In this document: positions 1 to 9,981 of the stretch, piece after piece
How positions within the stretch are numbered: position 1 is the first letter of the stretch
Layout: each line of letters begins with the position of its first letter
Origin: Elusimicrobiota bacterium
GTDB lineage: Bacteria > Elusimicrobiota > Elusimicrobia > JACQPE01
NCBI GenBank assembly: GCA_016207685.1
Contig: JACQPE010000004.1
Location: forward strand, 1,559 to 65,558
Direction: 5' to 3'
Length of the DNA stretch: 64,000 nucleotides
Translations under genes and position numbers: made by a program
The notes under the pieces: generated by a model
The model's input: only the letters and a program-made list of their open reading frames with translations
What the model was told of the DNA's origin: nothing
The model's database searches: none

Positions 1-330
1 CTTTTGACCGATGCGTTGGCCATGGTTGGCTGCCAAGTTTTTCAGGCGGAAAATGGGGCCCAGGCCATCGCCCTGGCTAAGCAAGAGCATCCGGACTTCG
101 TTTTAATGGATCAGACCATGCCTGATTTGAAAGGTTACGATGCGATCAAGGAAATTCGCAAAGAGACGGGCATGGAACAGGTGCCCTATGTCATGATCAC
201 CGGTGATTTCAACGTCCAATACGACCAGGAAGACGATCAAATGACCAATTGCGCCTTCCTGCCCAAACCTTATAGCATTGACCAGCTCATGACCACCATT
301 GGCAATGCCTTGGGCCGGCCGTTTCCTTAA
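1..330 (+). CDS. response regulator receiver (CheY-like) domain protein, 5' partial at window edge
   Basis: ORF open to position 1; receiver hallmarks in translation (DFVLMDQTMPDLKGYD, VMITGDF, LPKPYSIDQL). Confidence 0.7.
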   Translation, partial: LLTDALAMVGCQVFQAENGAQAIALAKQEHPDFVLMDQTMPDLKGYDAIKEIRKETGMEQVPYVMITGDFNVQYDQEDDQMTNCAFLPKPYSIDQLMTTIGNALGRPFP

Positions 331-366
331 GTTTCTTAATGGGTTTGCTAACCGACCGGCCAACGA

Positions 367-2145
367 ATGGTGCTGAAAATTCCCAAACGGACCGCCATCG
401 TTCTTGTTTTGGCCTGCTTTTTACAAGGATGCGTCCCCGGCGCCATGATGACGGCTGATCATGAATTTCTTGAAGGGGATTCCCTTGTAGAAGAACCCGA
501 ACCGTCAACACCTTATCCATTGAGCTTGATTTGGGTCGTATCGCCAAATCATTCTTTAGAAGACACCATCAGCGCTCTTGAATTTTTGGCTGAACGATAT
601 GACCATTGGAATCTTGTTCTGGCGCTGCCATCGGCTTCATTGAAGGATCTCTCACCCGAACAAAAAAGCCGCCTGGCCCGTCTTGGCGAGCACCGCCGCG
701 TCACTTTGGCCGCGCAGCTCTATGGAAGCCTTCCCTTGGGCATGCTGACTTCGACGCGCCGCTTTTTGGAAACTCACCTCAACCTCGCCCCCGCCCCGGA
801 TATCCCTCAACGAATCCTCCGAGAATCCGAAGTGTCTAAATTGCTTTTGATAACCGAAGAGCTTTGGCTGCAGACTTTTCCACAGATGCCCAATCCCGGG
901 CTTGTGTTGCCTTTGGGTCAATGGCCCGCGGCCATTCCTAAATTCAAAGCCTTGAAAGATTTTTCCTGGGTCGTCACCGCCTCGACCACGGGGCTGACCG
1001 GTTGTGACGGTTCCCATTGGTGCCGGGGTTTCATGATTCCCGCTTCATCTCTTGGAGAATCCTCGCTTCGCGGAATTGTCGCAATTGATGAAACATACTC
1101 GCCGCCGGCGCCGGATCCACGCCCCATCCTTGATGATATCTTCCGGCGTCACGATAATGAAGAGGTTTCATGGCAATTAAGAAGCCTTGAATCGTGGGGT
1201 GATCTGACTATCGCCCCAAAATACCCGGATCAATTTTCATGCCTTAATCCCTGCTCCAGTTGGGCCGGGCCTCAAAGCGCCGGCGTTCTCTGGGGGACCT
1301 CGGCCCAAGAACAATACTGGGCAACAATGGCCCAGTGGCGGAAAGATATTCACCAGTACCAAAATTCCGGCAAAGCCACCATCTCAACGCTCGATCAAAT
1401 TTGGGAAGAATACTACCGATGGCTCGACTATCGGCTTCCTTCATCGTTAGCGCGCGGCAGGGAACGCTCCTCCACCGATGTCGCCCTGGAACAAACATTC
1501 ATCGCCGGCGTCAAATCTATCTATCAAAAAATGTTTCCTGTTTTAGGAAAAACCGCGCGTCTTGCAGACACGCTTGATTCCGCTATCAACGGAGATTCTT
1601 CCCAAGATTTAACGGCAGGCGCCCGATCGCAGCTTAAATTTTTTGACCGATATGACAATTTTCCCCAAGAGGCCGGCATACCTAACATTGATTCTCTGGA
1701 TCTCTCTTGGAATGATCAAGAAATCACTTTTCAAATCCGGTTCTCAACAGCGCCCCGAGAGTGGCCGCTCATGGAACTTTATATCGACCTTAACAATCAA
1801 TCCTATGCCGGCGCCAGCGATTCCGCAGACGGCCGGCTTCACGCTGCGGCTAATGACTACTGGGAATACTTAATCCGGGCCGGACCAGAATCCGGCCTCA
1901 CTCTTTATCGCTACAGTCCTCAAGGAGCGCCGCGTGAGCGCGCCGCGCTCAAAGAAACCCTTCAATGGCGCGAGGGAGTGCTTTCGGGCCGATTCCCCCG
2001 TTTATGGATCGCTGGAAAAAATCCGCGAAATTGGGGCTGGGCCCTGTGCTCTCAACCGGCCGGCGATACCCTTGAGCGCGACTGCCTGCATTCGGTAAAA
2101 ACTCTCGAAGATGTCCTTCCTTTCATGCGGCCAGATTTTCCATAA
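367..2145 (+). CDS. hypothetical lipoprotein
   Basis: N-terminus MVLKIPKRTAIVLVLACFLQGC is a signal peptide ending in a lipobox Cys; no family recognisable by eye. Confidence 0.5.
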   Translation: MVLKIPKRTAIVLVLACFLQGCVPGAMMTADHEFLEGDSLVEEPEPSTPYPLSLIWVVSPNHSLEDTISALEFLAERYDHWNLVLALPSASLKDLSPEQKSRLARLGEHRRVTLAAQLYGSLPLGMLTSTRRFLETHLNLAPAPDIPQRILRESEVSKLLLITEELWLQTFPQMPNPGLVLPLGQWPAAIPKFKALKDFSWVVTASTTGLTGCDGSHWCRGFMIPASSLGESSLRGIVAIDETYSPPAPDPRPILDDIFRRHDNEEVSWQLRSLESWGDLTIAPKYPDQFSCLNPCSSWAGPQSAGVLWGTSAQEQYWATMAQWRKDIHQYQNSGKATISTLDQIWEEYYRWLDYRLPSSLARGRERSSTDVALEQTFIAGVKSIYQKMFPVLGKTARLADTLDSAINGDSSQDLTAGARSQLKFFDRYDNFPQEAGIPNIDSLDLSWNDQEITFQIRFSTAPREWPLMELYIDLNNQSYAGASDSADGRLHAAANDYWEYLIRAGPESGLTLYRYSPQGAPRERAALKETLQWREGVLSGRFPRLWIAGKNPRNWGWALCSQPAGDTLERDCLHSVKTLEDVLPFMRPDFP

Positions 2146-2161
2146 TAGGACAGGATTGATC

Positions 2162-3664
2162 ATGAAAAATAAAATAATTTTCTCCTTTGGATTTGTGATC
2201 GGCTCGATACTCCTGATCCACTCACGCTCCCATGCGGCGGATACGGGACTGCCCGGGCTCCAGCAAGCCTTCCGGGCGGTCGCTGAAAAAGCGCGCCCCT
2301 CCTGCGTGAACATTTCGGCATCCCATGAAGAGGAAATTGCAGTTCCTGAATTCTATTTTATGGACCCTGAAGAATTCTTCTTTGATTATTTCCATGGCGC
2401 GCCGCAGCGCCGGGGGAAACCACGAACTCAAAAACGGACTCAAGCAAGCACCGGCTCAGGCGTCATCATTGACCCCGAGGGTTATGTTTTGACCAATGCC
2501 CACGTGGTCGCTGATGCGGATAAAATCAAGGTGCGCCTCACCGTTAATGGAAAGAAAAAAAACTATCCGGCTAAAGTTGTTGGCCGTGATGAGCGCGTGG
2601 ATTTGGCGCTCATCAAAATCGAAGGCCAAGGCCCGTTTCCCGCTGCTGCATTGGGCGATTCCGATCAAGCCCAAGTCGGCGACTGGGCCATTGCCGTGGG
2701 AAGCCCCTTTGAGCTAGAGCAGACCTTCACCGTGGGTGTCATCTCGGCGATGCGGCAATCCTTCAATATAGAAGGCCGCACCTATCATAATCTCATTCAA
2801 ACCGACGCGGCCATCAATCGAGGGAATTCCGGAGGGCCGCTCGTCAATATCAATGGCGAAGTGATCGGCATCAATACCGCCATCTATTCGCCTTCAGGCG
2901 TTTTTGCCGGAATCGGTTTTGCCTTGCCGGTTAATTTAGCCAAAGATGTCATCCCCTATCTTAAATCCGGCAAACAGCGCCAGTGGGGATGGATAGGAGT
3001 CACCGTCGCCGAAATTGACGAGGTGTTAGCCAAGCGCTTCAACCTTCCCGAGTCCCGCGGGGCTCTTATCAATGAAATTATTACAGATGGTCCGGCCGAA
3101 AAAGCCGGCCTTGAACGCAGCGACGTCATTGTCAGCGTTAATGATACCGCCATTGATACTCCGGATGATCTCACCAGCACCATCCGTCAGAGGAGAATCG
3201 GGGACACCTTGCGCCTCGGCATTATCCGGGATGGCCGCGCGAAAGACCTTAAAGTCACGGTTGGGCAACGGCCAAAATGGGCTGATGTCCAGGGACAAGA
3301 CTCCTCGGATGCAGCGCCAGAAAACGACTCTGCAGAGCCTCCTGCAACAGTGAACACCGATGTTTCATGGACCTGGGAGGGGTTGGATCTCTCCAATGTC
3401 AACGCTGCGCCGCGCGCCTTCCTAAAACGTTGGCTCATCCCGCCTCAAACATCCGGAGTGGCGATTATCGCCATCAACCCTGCGAGCTCTTTGGCCAGTT
3501 ATTTAGATCAAGGCGACGTCGTCACCGGTATTAACCGCTCAAAAATCGACTCGGTCAACGAATTCCAACGCGAAGTCCGCCGGGCCAGCCTTAAGGACGG
3601 AATCGTTTTTGACATTATCCGCCAAGGCAACCGTCAATTCGTAAGCATTCAAGTCAGTCCCTAA
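2162..3664 (+). CDS. htrA: periplasmic serine endoprotease DegP/HtrA family with two PDZ domains
   Basis: trypsin-fold motifs GSGVIIDPEGYVLTNAHVV, DLALIKI, GNSGGPLVN; signal peptide MKNKIIFSFGFVIGSILLIHSRSHA; start set at ATG 2162 rather than the ORF-track 2111. Confidence 0.85.
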   Translation: MKNKIIFSFGFVIGSILLIHSRSHAADTGLPGLQQAFRAVAEKARPSCVNISASHEEEIAVPEFYFMDPEEFFFDYFHGAPQRRGKPRTQKRTQASTGSGVIIDPEGYVLTNAHVVADADKIKVRLTVNGKKKNYPAKVVGRDERVDLALIKIEGQGPFPAAALGDSDQAQVGDWAIAVGSPFELEQTFTVGVISAMRQSFNIEGRTYHNLIQTDAAINRGNSGGPLVNINGEVIGINTAIYSPSGVFAGIGFALPVNLAKDVIPYLKSGKQRQWGWIGVTVAEIDEVLAKRFNLPESRGALINEIITDGPAEKAGLERSDVIVSVNDTAIDTPDDLTSTIRQRRIGDTLRLGIIRDGRAKDLKVTVGQRPKWADVQGQDSSDAAPENDSAEPPATVNTDVSWTWEGLDLSNVNAAPRAFLKRWLIPPQTSGVAIIAINPASSLASYLDQGDVVTGINRSKIDSVNEFQREVRRASLKDGIVFDIIRQGNRQFVSIQVSP

Positions 3665-3682
3665 AGGGGCACGTCCGGCGTT

Positions 3683-5263
3683 TTACGGCGCGAATAATAA
3701 AAAAACGACCACGCCCAAAATGACCGCTGTTGCGGCGGCAGCCACGGTGGCCTTGGCTATTTTCTGCGTTTGGGTATCCTCCCTGGAATCCCCTCGTATC
3801 CGGCGCCATTTTCTGGATTCCTCCGGCGTTAATCCGGTGGAAGACGCCGTTTCTTCCTTATAGTCAATGGTCAATACCTTTTTTTGAAAATTACCCGCGG
3901 CATCCACCGCCGCAATAACCATACGATTTTCTCCTAATTGCAGCGTTGTCTCCATCGAAAAATACCCTTGGCTGTCTGTATCGGCAGATGTCGCTCCCAA
4001 GCGGATGAGCGCCCCGGGCTCCGATCGCCCCTGGATGACCAACGAATTTTTCTTTATCGTTGAGAATTCTTGTTCGGGCTCAGTGATATCCAAAAATGGC
4101 GCTTGGCGGTCCAACGCTAATTTTTGCCAATCGCCAAATGGCCCTTCAAAACCCAAACGATCACGCAAAGAGACCCGATAAACATAAAGTCCGTCATCCA
4201 AACCAGTCCGACCAAAATCAAAAGGTTCCTCAAACGTAGCTGTTTCATCCCAAAGTAAAACGCCCTCCGGGGACTGCGCCACTTGAACACGCAGCAAAGA
4301 AACTTGAGGTATTCTCCGCATGATCCCGGCGCCGCGGCGGCTGCTTCCCATAACCCAACCCAAGGCGCTTCCTCGAAGAACAAAATTCCCTTGGTCTGAA
4401 ATCGTCTTTGTTGATGTAACTACGGATTCAGAATCCCAAAACTTCTCTATCACCACCCGGTTAGGAACTTCCGGCACAGGAACTGCTTGACCCGGAGGCC
4501 GGCCCGCAGGCACCTCCGTGGCAAAACCTTGACGCACAGAAACAGTTTGATTTTGCGCTTGAACATCAGCGACGCCCGCATAAACCTCAACCACTGTGGC
4601 CAAATCTTCGCGTACTCGGGCGCGGTATTCCACATTTTTCGATTTTGGCGTGATTCGGGCCGATTGGGTAACCACGCGAGCGCCCAAAGACCGAATTTCT
4701 CCTGAAATCAGCGCGGCCTCTCCAATGTTTTGCGCACCGGCGCGCTCAGGGCGTATAACGGCAAAAGATTGAGGTCCCAGGACCAAGTCTTCCCCTTGCG
4801 CGAAACGCACCCGCGCTTGGGAGAGCGCGCCGGTGCGCAAGCCGTCATCTTGCCAAATATCCATATTTTTCGAGGCGACTTTCCACAAGGGGGACTCCCG
4901 CCGCCGAAGCTCCACCAGCCGCTGAGTTTCCATGAGCTTAGCTGATCGCAGGCTTTCTTTTACCAATAAAACAGGAATTCTCAAGGTTTGCCCGGGTAAA
5001 GCCATGGCGGGATCCGATGTCGGCAGCTTGTTGTGCCGGGCAATTTCAGGCCAACGGCTAGGGTCCTTGAGATAACGCTCGCTTAAGGACCACCATGTAT
5101 CCCCGGGCTCAATAGCCACTTCTTGATAGAAGCGGGACTCTTCCGCGAAGATAAAATTCCATGTTCCAAGTTCTAGGCTCCAAGTCGAAAATAAAAAAAT
5201 CCCAGCGATTCGGCATCTTGTTTTGAACCGGGAACTGGGAACCGGGAACTGGGAACTAATCAT
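3683..5263 (-). CDS. LysM domain-containing protein with C-terminal transmembrane anchor
   Basis: LysM-like [20 protein letters not shown]...LPGQTLRIP; C-terminal hydrophobic [20 protein letters not shown]; ATG lies 2 nt after the histidine kinase stop (translational coupling); 5' codons are made of the heptamer repeat, so the true start is uncertain. Confidence 0.55.
   Translation of the reverse strand: MISSQFPVPSSRFKTRCRIAGIFLFSTWSLELGTWNFIFAEESRFYQEVAIEPGDTWWSLSERYLKDPSRWPEIARHNKLPTSDPAMALPGQTLRIPVLLVKESLRSAKLMETQRLVELRRRESPLWKVASKNMDIWQDDGLRTGALSQARVRFAQGEDLVLGPQSFAVIRPERAGAQNIGEAALISGEIRSLGARVVTQSARITPKSKNVEYRARVREDLATVVEVYAGVADVQAQNQTVSVRQGFATEVPAGRPPGQAVPVPEVPNRVVIEKFWDSESVVTSTKTISDQGNFVLRGSALGWVMGSSRRGAGIMRRIPQVSLLRVQVAQSPEGVLLWDETATFEEPFDFGRTGLDDGLYVYRVSLRDRLGFEGPFGDWQKLALDRQAPFLDITEPEQEFSTIKKNSLVIQGRSEPGALIRLGATSADTDSQGYFSMETTLQLGENRMVIAAVDAAGNFQKKVLTIDYKEETASSTGLTPEESRKWRRIRGDSREDTQTQKIAKATVAAAATAVILGVVVFLLFAP
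5225..5256. repeat. heptanucleotide tandem repeat (GAACYGG)x4.5
   Basis: read directly: gaaccgg gaactgg gaaccgg gaactgg gaac, spanning the histidine kinase stop and the start of the LysM gene. Confidence 0.9.
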
Positions 5264-7388
5264 TTATGGGGATCGTGAAACTAAACGTGCTGCCTTGGCC
5301 TGCGGCGCTTTGGACCCAAATTTTACCGCCGTGAGCTTCGACGATTTCCTTGGAAATTAAAAGACCCAGCCCCGTGCCGCCTTTGGAACGCCCTTCAATT
5401 TGCCCATATTTCTTAAAAAGTCTCTGTTGATCTTCGGGAGCAATCCCCTCCCCCGTATCAACAACGTCAATGCGTAAAAATTTTTTTTCTGAAGCATCCC
5501 CCAGGCGCAAGGTGATTCGACCTCCGGAGGGCGTGTATTTCAGCGCATTACCAACAAGATTAATAAAAACTCGTTCAATTAGCGCCGCGTCGCAGGCGGC
5601 GCGGGAATCAAAACCGGAGATGGTCTCCAAGATAAGCTCATTCCCCAAAGCTCGGGCCCTGCCCTCAAACATCTCCACCACGTCGCGAGCCAAATCAGCA
5701 ACATTCACCGGATGCTTGGAAATGGGAATTGCTCCATGCTGAATGCGAAATGAATCCAAAATATTATTAATCATGGTCAACAAACGGCGCGAGGCGCGGT
5801 CCATTTGCGTCAATGCCCAACGCTGCTTTTCCGTCAAAACGCCCATGCCGGGGCCGTGCAACACTTCAATAAAACCGGTAATGCCGTTTAAAGGATTTTT
5901 TAAATCGTGGGTCACCGCTTGCACAAACTCATCTTTCACCGCCTCCATTTGCTTTTCGAGCGTCACATCACGCAAAACCAAAAGCTCGTCTAAAATCAAT
6001 GCCGGGGCGGCGTCATGTTTACCCACGGGCTCAAGATGCAGTTCATAAACTTTCTTCGTATTGGGACCCAGACTCAACTCCATTACCCTTGAGGGCACAT
6101 GGTCTTTTCGAAATGCCTCCACGGCTTCCATTACAAACGCGCGCCAAGGCGCACCTAAAGAATCTGCGTAGGGATGCTCCAAAATTTCCTGGAGCGCCTT
6201 GTCGGAAAAAAGAATTTTTCTGGCCTGCTCATTGGCCAAAACCACGTTCTGATTTTCGAGCAAGACAAGCCCATCGCGCATAGAGGCCATGGTGGCTTCG
6301 GTTTTGGCTTTTTCAGCCAGCAAACGCTCCAATTGAATCTCTGAATAACGCTTCAACTGAATGACCATCGCATCAAAACTGCTTTCAAGCTCCCCTATTT
6401 CATCTCTGCGGCTTTTTAAGGGAGTGATTTCAAATGAACCTTGGGCCACTTGGCGCGCCGCATGGATCAATTTCCATAATGGCCCCAACAGGCGCTGGGC
6501 CACCAACAAAGCCGCTGCCACGGAAACCAAAACGGCAAAAAATAACAACCCGAGCGCTCTCTTGCGGATTAAACGCACGCTGGCATAAGCATCGCTTTGC
6601 GCTTGTTGCGCCAACACCCAATAGGTCCCGCCGCCGATCGACACCGGAGCCCAGGAACCCACCATGGCGCCGGCGCCGTTGGGTAGCTCAAAATGGAGCG
6701 ATCCCATGGCGGCGGGATTTTGTCGCGCCTGGGCCACCAAGGGGTCGTCCCCCAAAATGGTCCCCATGACTGAACCGGACCGCGGGGACAAAAGCGTCCC
6801 TTGGGCATCAACAAAAAAAGCGTTGCCCGTTCCTGAAAACCGCTCCTCGGCTATCGCCTGGGCCAAAGATGCCGCTGATTCCTTAACGGTCAACAAAAGC
6901 TGCCCCTCGATCGTATCTTCGTGCCAAAGTCCGAGAATGGGACCTTGCTGGTTTTGACGGCTGCTCAATAGCGTCAAAACAGCCGCTGACAAGCTCGCTG
7001 AGGCTGGGCGCTTCGTCCAGTCTCCCGGATTGAAATTCCTCTGATATACCCTCAAGAGAACCTGTTTTTTTTCCAGATCCCAAACGGCAACCTCTAAAAT
7101 TTCAGGGTGCGTTTCCAGAAAACTGCTGATCATGCCGCGCTTTTGGCCGACCATGAGATCCCGCCGTTTCAGGATGCCTTTCAAAAATCCAGCCTGCTTA
7201 AGTGAATGCTCATAGCGCTCCCGAACGCGCTGGGCCAAAGATTGTGCTAATTTTGTTTCAAGCTCGAGGGTCGCCGACACCACTTCCTGTTCATTGAGAC
7301 GCAATAAGCGCCCGCCCACGCCCACGAGCGGTATTACGACCATGGCCACGAGCAATAAAGTCAGCTTGAGGCGTATCCCAGGATTCAT
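5256..7388 (-). CDS. sensor histidine kinase (TM sensor-HAMP-HisKA-HATPase_c)
   Basis: H-box [19 protein letters not shown]; ATPase boxes [25 protein letters not shown] and [25 protein letters not shown]; N-terminal TM helix and HAMP-like segment. Confidence 0.85.
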   Translation of the reverse strand: MNPGIRLKLTLLLVAMVVIPLVGVGGRLLRLNEQEVVSATLELETKLAQSLAQRVRERYEHSLKQAGFLKGILKRRDLMVGQKRGMISSFLETHPEILEVAVWDLEKKQVLLRVYQRNFNPGDWTKRPASASLSAAVLTLLSSRQNQQGPILGLWHEDTIEGQLLLTVKESAASLAQAIAEERFSGTGNAFFVDAQGTLLSPRSGSVMGTILGDDPLVAQARQNPAAMGSLHFELPNGAGAMVGSWAPVSIGGGTYWVLAQQAQSDAYASVRLIRKRALGLLFFAVLVSVAAALLVAQRLLGPLWKLIHAARQVAQGSFEITPLKSRRDEIGELESSFDAMVIQLKRYSEIQLERLLAEKAKTEATMASMRDGLVLLENQNVVLANEQARKILFSDKALQEILEHPYADSLGAPWRAFVMEAVEAFRKDHVPSRVMELSLGPNTKKVYELHLEPVGKHDAAPALILDELLVLRDVTLEKQMEAVKDEFVQAVTHDLKNPLNGITGFIEVLHGPGMGVLTEKQRWALTQMDRASRRLLTMINNILDSFRIQHGAIPISKHPVNVADLARDVVEMFEGRARALGNELILETISGFDSRAACDAALIERVFINLVGNALKYTPSGGRITLRLGDASEKKFLRIDVVDTGEGIAPEDQQRLFKKYGQIEGRSKGGTGLGLLISKEIVEAHGGKIWVQSAAGQGSTFSFTIPIND

Positions 7389-7465
7389 GATTAGTGGTCC
7401 TCTACGAAACTCTAGAGGGTATTGCGTGTTAATTCAAGACGGAAGACGGTCCAAAGGAGTTAGAC

Positions 7466-8425
7466 TCAAGCCGCGCGAAACCAACGGGCCACTTTAGGCC
7501 AAACCCGGCGATGCGCCATAGCGCTCACGGCTAGCCCAATATGTCCAACTGGGAATTCCCAATTCGTCACCTGTTTATTTAAAATTTTTTCCAAAGAACG
7601 CGAGCTTGCCGGAGGCACCAAATGATCCTCGGCGGCCATTAAATTAAGCACCGGGCATTGAATATGATTCAAATGAACGCGCTCATCGGCCAGACTGAGG
7701 CGGCTCTTAATAAGATTATTTTTTTGATAACACTCCCGGACAAATTCTTCAAACACAGCTCCGGGAATGTTCACGCCGTCATGGATCCATCGCTCCATGG
7801 CCTTAAAAAACGCCACAAATTCTCTGTCGCTTTTATTCTGATGGCGTTGAACGTATTTGTCAAACATGTTATGCAAAGGCCGCATCCATTGGAACCCCCA
7901 TTCCAGCATCCATGCCGGGATATTGCCGAATGCCCGCGCCACCTCATTTACCGGCAGAATCTGCGGCGATGACCAAAGACCCAGAAGGCTCTCAGAAACA
8001 TGAAAATCAACAGGAGCCGCCATAAGAGCCAATTTTTTTAATCCCTGCGGCATTAGGCTCGCATACATCAGGGCCAACGTGCCCCCCATGCAATAGCCCA
8101 GCATGGAAATTGTTGAATGGCCCGAACGGCGCCGCACAAGCGCGGCGCAATCCGGAATAACCCCGTAAACATAATCTTCAAGCGTATTAAAACGATCCGA
8201 ACGATCCGGAACACCCCAGTCAATCAAATAAATATCCAAGCCGCCGTGATTGAGCGATTCAATCACGCTGCGGCCCGGATAGAGATCGAGAATATAAGGC
8301 CGGTTAACCAAAGCAAAAACCATCAACACCGGCAGCGCGCCGGTTCGTTGACTGGGAAAGTGGCGCAACAAAACCTTCCCTTGGCGCCAAATCACGCGAT
8401 GCGGCGTGGCCCAAAGAGATTTCAT
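7466..8425 (-). CDS. phaC: poly(3-hydroxyalkanoate) synthase catalytic subunit PhaC, short class III/IV type
   Basis: alpha/beta-hydrolase with lipase box GYCMGG and upstream YLIDWG, both characteristic of ~36 kDa PhaC. Confidence 0.65.
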   Translation of the reverse strand: MKSLWATPHRVIWRQGKVLLRHFPSQRTGALPVLMVFALVNRPYILDLYPGRSVIESLNHGGLDIYLIDWGVPDRSDRFNTLEDYVYGVIPDCAALVRRRSGHSTISMLGYCMGGTLALMYASLMPQGLKKLALMAAPVDFHVSESLLGLWSSPQILPVNEVARAFGNIPAWMLEWGFQWMRPLHNMFDKYVQRHQNKSDREFVAFFKAMERWIHDGVNIPGAVFEEFVRECYQKNNLIKSRLSLADERVHLNHIQCPVLNLMAAEDHLVPPASSRSLEKILNKQVTNWEFPVGHIGLAVSAMAHRRVWPKVARWFRAA

Positions 8426-8432
8426 AAATTCT

Positions 8433-8472
8433 AGTTATAGTGTTATAAGGTTATTGAGTTATCGGGTTGACG
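8433..8472. repeat. octanucleotide tandem repeat (RGTTATNN)x5 in the phaC upstream region
   Basis: agttatag tgttataa ggttattg agttatcg ggttgacg read directly. Confidence 0.8.
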
Positions 8473-8521
8473 GATTTGTTCTTCTTGTAACTTTATGTCC
8501 TATGACTCTACAACTCAATAG

Positions 8522-8818
8522 CTATTTTATCTGACGTTCCAGAGCGCGCACGCGGCGCTCAAGATCGTGGGCTTTCTTCGCTAACGCGTCAAAATCCGTC
8601 AACGTCGGATAAGACATTTTTTTAAGCGCCGCCTCAAACCACGCATCCGTCTTTTTTTTTGCGGCCTGCGCCTGGCGGATATTCTCTTTGGCCGCCTTCA
8701 AGAACACCGGATGGCGCAACAACGTCTCCGACATCTGCCCCGTCGCCGCAAGCCACGCGTCATAAAAACTCCGATAAAAATTCTTCGACATTGTTAGAGG
8801 TTTGGTGCCGGCGCTCAA
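8522..8818 (-). CDS. small coiled-coil protein, possible PHA synthase partner/phasin (PhaE/PhaR-like)
   Basis: 98 aa, co-oriented immediately upstream of phaC; Ala/Lys-rich coiled-coil C-terminus (ALAKKAHDLERRVRALERQIK); assignment rests on context only. Confidence 0.3.
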   Translation of the reverse strand: MSAGTKPLTMSKNFYRSFYDAWLAATGQMSETLLRHPVFLKAAKENIRQAQAAKKKTDAWFEAALKKMSYPTLTDFDALAKKAHDLERRVRALERQIK

Positions 8819-8928
8819 CGCAGGCCGGTTTTCAAATCCCCCCTTTCAAATCATTCATGATCGTCGTTAGATTCTAGGTTTCCAAAATTTTGCTCATATC
8901 TATGACCCCTGACCCTGCATATTTTACT

Positions 8929-9867
8929 TTACGCGCGGGGATGGGTTCTCTCGTAGACTTTTTTGAGATTGGACGGCGTGAGCGCCGTGTAAATCTGGGT
9001 TGCCTCCAATGATTTGTGACCCAGCATCTCTTGAAGATGGCGCAAGTCCAAACCCGCCAAGAGCAGGTGCGTGGCAAAAGAATGGCGAAGTTGATGCGGT
9101 GTGACCCGCGTTCCCAAAGCCGCGCGGCCCAAGAGCCGAAGGCGGGACTCCATGAGAACTCTTGAAAGCGGACGGCCCTGTTTATTAGAAAAAATCACGC
9201 CGTCGCCTTTTCGGGACAAATGAGGCCACTGCCGGGACCGCTCGGTCAAATACTCCCGAAGCGCCGTCAGAGCTTGTCCTCCAATGGGAACCAAACGCTC
9301 TCTGGCCCCCTTGCCAAAAATGCGCAATGATCCGGCATCCCAATGGACCGCCCCGGGCAGCAAACTTAAAAGCTCGCTGATGCGAAGTCCCGATGAGTAT
9401 AGAATTTCAAGCGCGGCCCAATCACGCATCGCTGCGAGCCGCCCGCGGCCCCTGGCGTCATCGGTCTTTTTTTTCGCCAAAGCCAAAAGCGCCGACATTT
9501 GATCCGTTGAAAGGGCTCTAGGCAACGTTCTTGAGCGCTTCAGACGGCGCCCAAATCCCAACAAAGAAACCGCCGACGCCAACCGCCACTGGGGTTCGCG
9601 ACTTAAATATTTAATCCAACCCCGAAGGCTTGAAATCCGGCGCGCCAAGGTAGCCGCCGCCCGTGACAACTCTTCCCTTTCTCGAGCCAAATAAGCCCGC
9701 AACAATTGACGATTTAAGTCGGCAACGGATTCGACTTGATGATCCCGTGCATAATCGGCAAAATCATGGAGGTCCAACCGGTAGGATTCCTGGGTATTAA
9801 AAGCCAGCCCCCGGCGCGTGCGCAAATGCGCCAAATAAACCTCAATGGACCGAAGCAGGTCAGACAC
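8929..9867 (-). CDS. tyrosine site-specific recombinase, XerC/XerD family
   Basis: catalytic C-terminus HQLRHSFATHLLLAGLDLRHLQEMLGHKSLEATQIYTAL (R...HxxR...Y); 312 aa like chromosomal Xer. Confidence 0.8.
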   Translation of the reverse strand: MSDLLRSIEVYLAHLRTRRGLAFNTQESYRLDLHDFADYARDHQVESVADLNRQLLRAYLAREREELSRAAATLARRISSLRGWIKYLSREPQWRLASAVSLLGFGRRLKRSRTLPRALSTDQMSALLALAKKKTDDARGRGRLAAMRDWAALEILYSSGLRISELLSLLPGAVHWDAGSLRIFGKGARERLVPIGGQALTALREYLTERSRQWPHLSRKGDGVIFSNKQGRPLSRVLMESRLRLLGRAALGTRVTPHQLRHSFATHLLLAGLDLRHLQEMLGHKSLEATQIYTALTPSNLKKVYERTHPRA

Positions 9868-9877
9868 AAATAAAAAA

Positions 9878-9895
9878 GTCCAACGTCCAATGTCC
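9878..9895. repeat. heptamer array (GTCCAAY)x2.6
   Basis: gtccaac gtccaat gtcc; inverse complement of the array at 9934..9960. Confidence 0.8.
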
Positions 9896-9933
9896 GCTTT
9901 TTAAAATTTGAAGTAGGGAATTAAAAATTCCAT

Positions 9934-9960
9934 GACTTTGGATTTTGGACTTTGGACTTT
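9934..9960. repeat. heptamer array (GAYTTTG)x4
   Basis: gactttg gattttg gactttg gacttt; the same unit recurs at 24520..24550. Confidence 0.85.
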
Positions 9961-9981
9961 TTTCGTGATCTCCGCCATTTA

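Noticed and set aside
2111-2161. ORF-track start for the HtrA gene at 2111
   Set aside because: That start would overlap the upstream lipoprotein gene by 35 nt and place 17 residues before an ideal signal peptide. ATG 2162 (MKNKIIFSF...) was chosen instead.
5470-6769. Several 90-110-aa plus-strand ORFs inside the histidine kinase gene, and similar antisense ORFs within ppdK, the 20229..21779 membrane protein gene, murF and topA
   Set aside because: They are antisense shadows typical of GC-rich coding sequence. Each lies wholly inside a well-supported gene on the other strand.
8929-9867. Tyrosine recombinase as a prophage/island integrase
   Set aside because: It is the size and motif pattern of chromosomal XerC/D. 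There are no phage, transposase or cargo genes adjacent, and the flanking genes (topA, dprA, phaC) are core.
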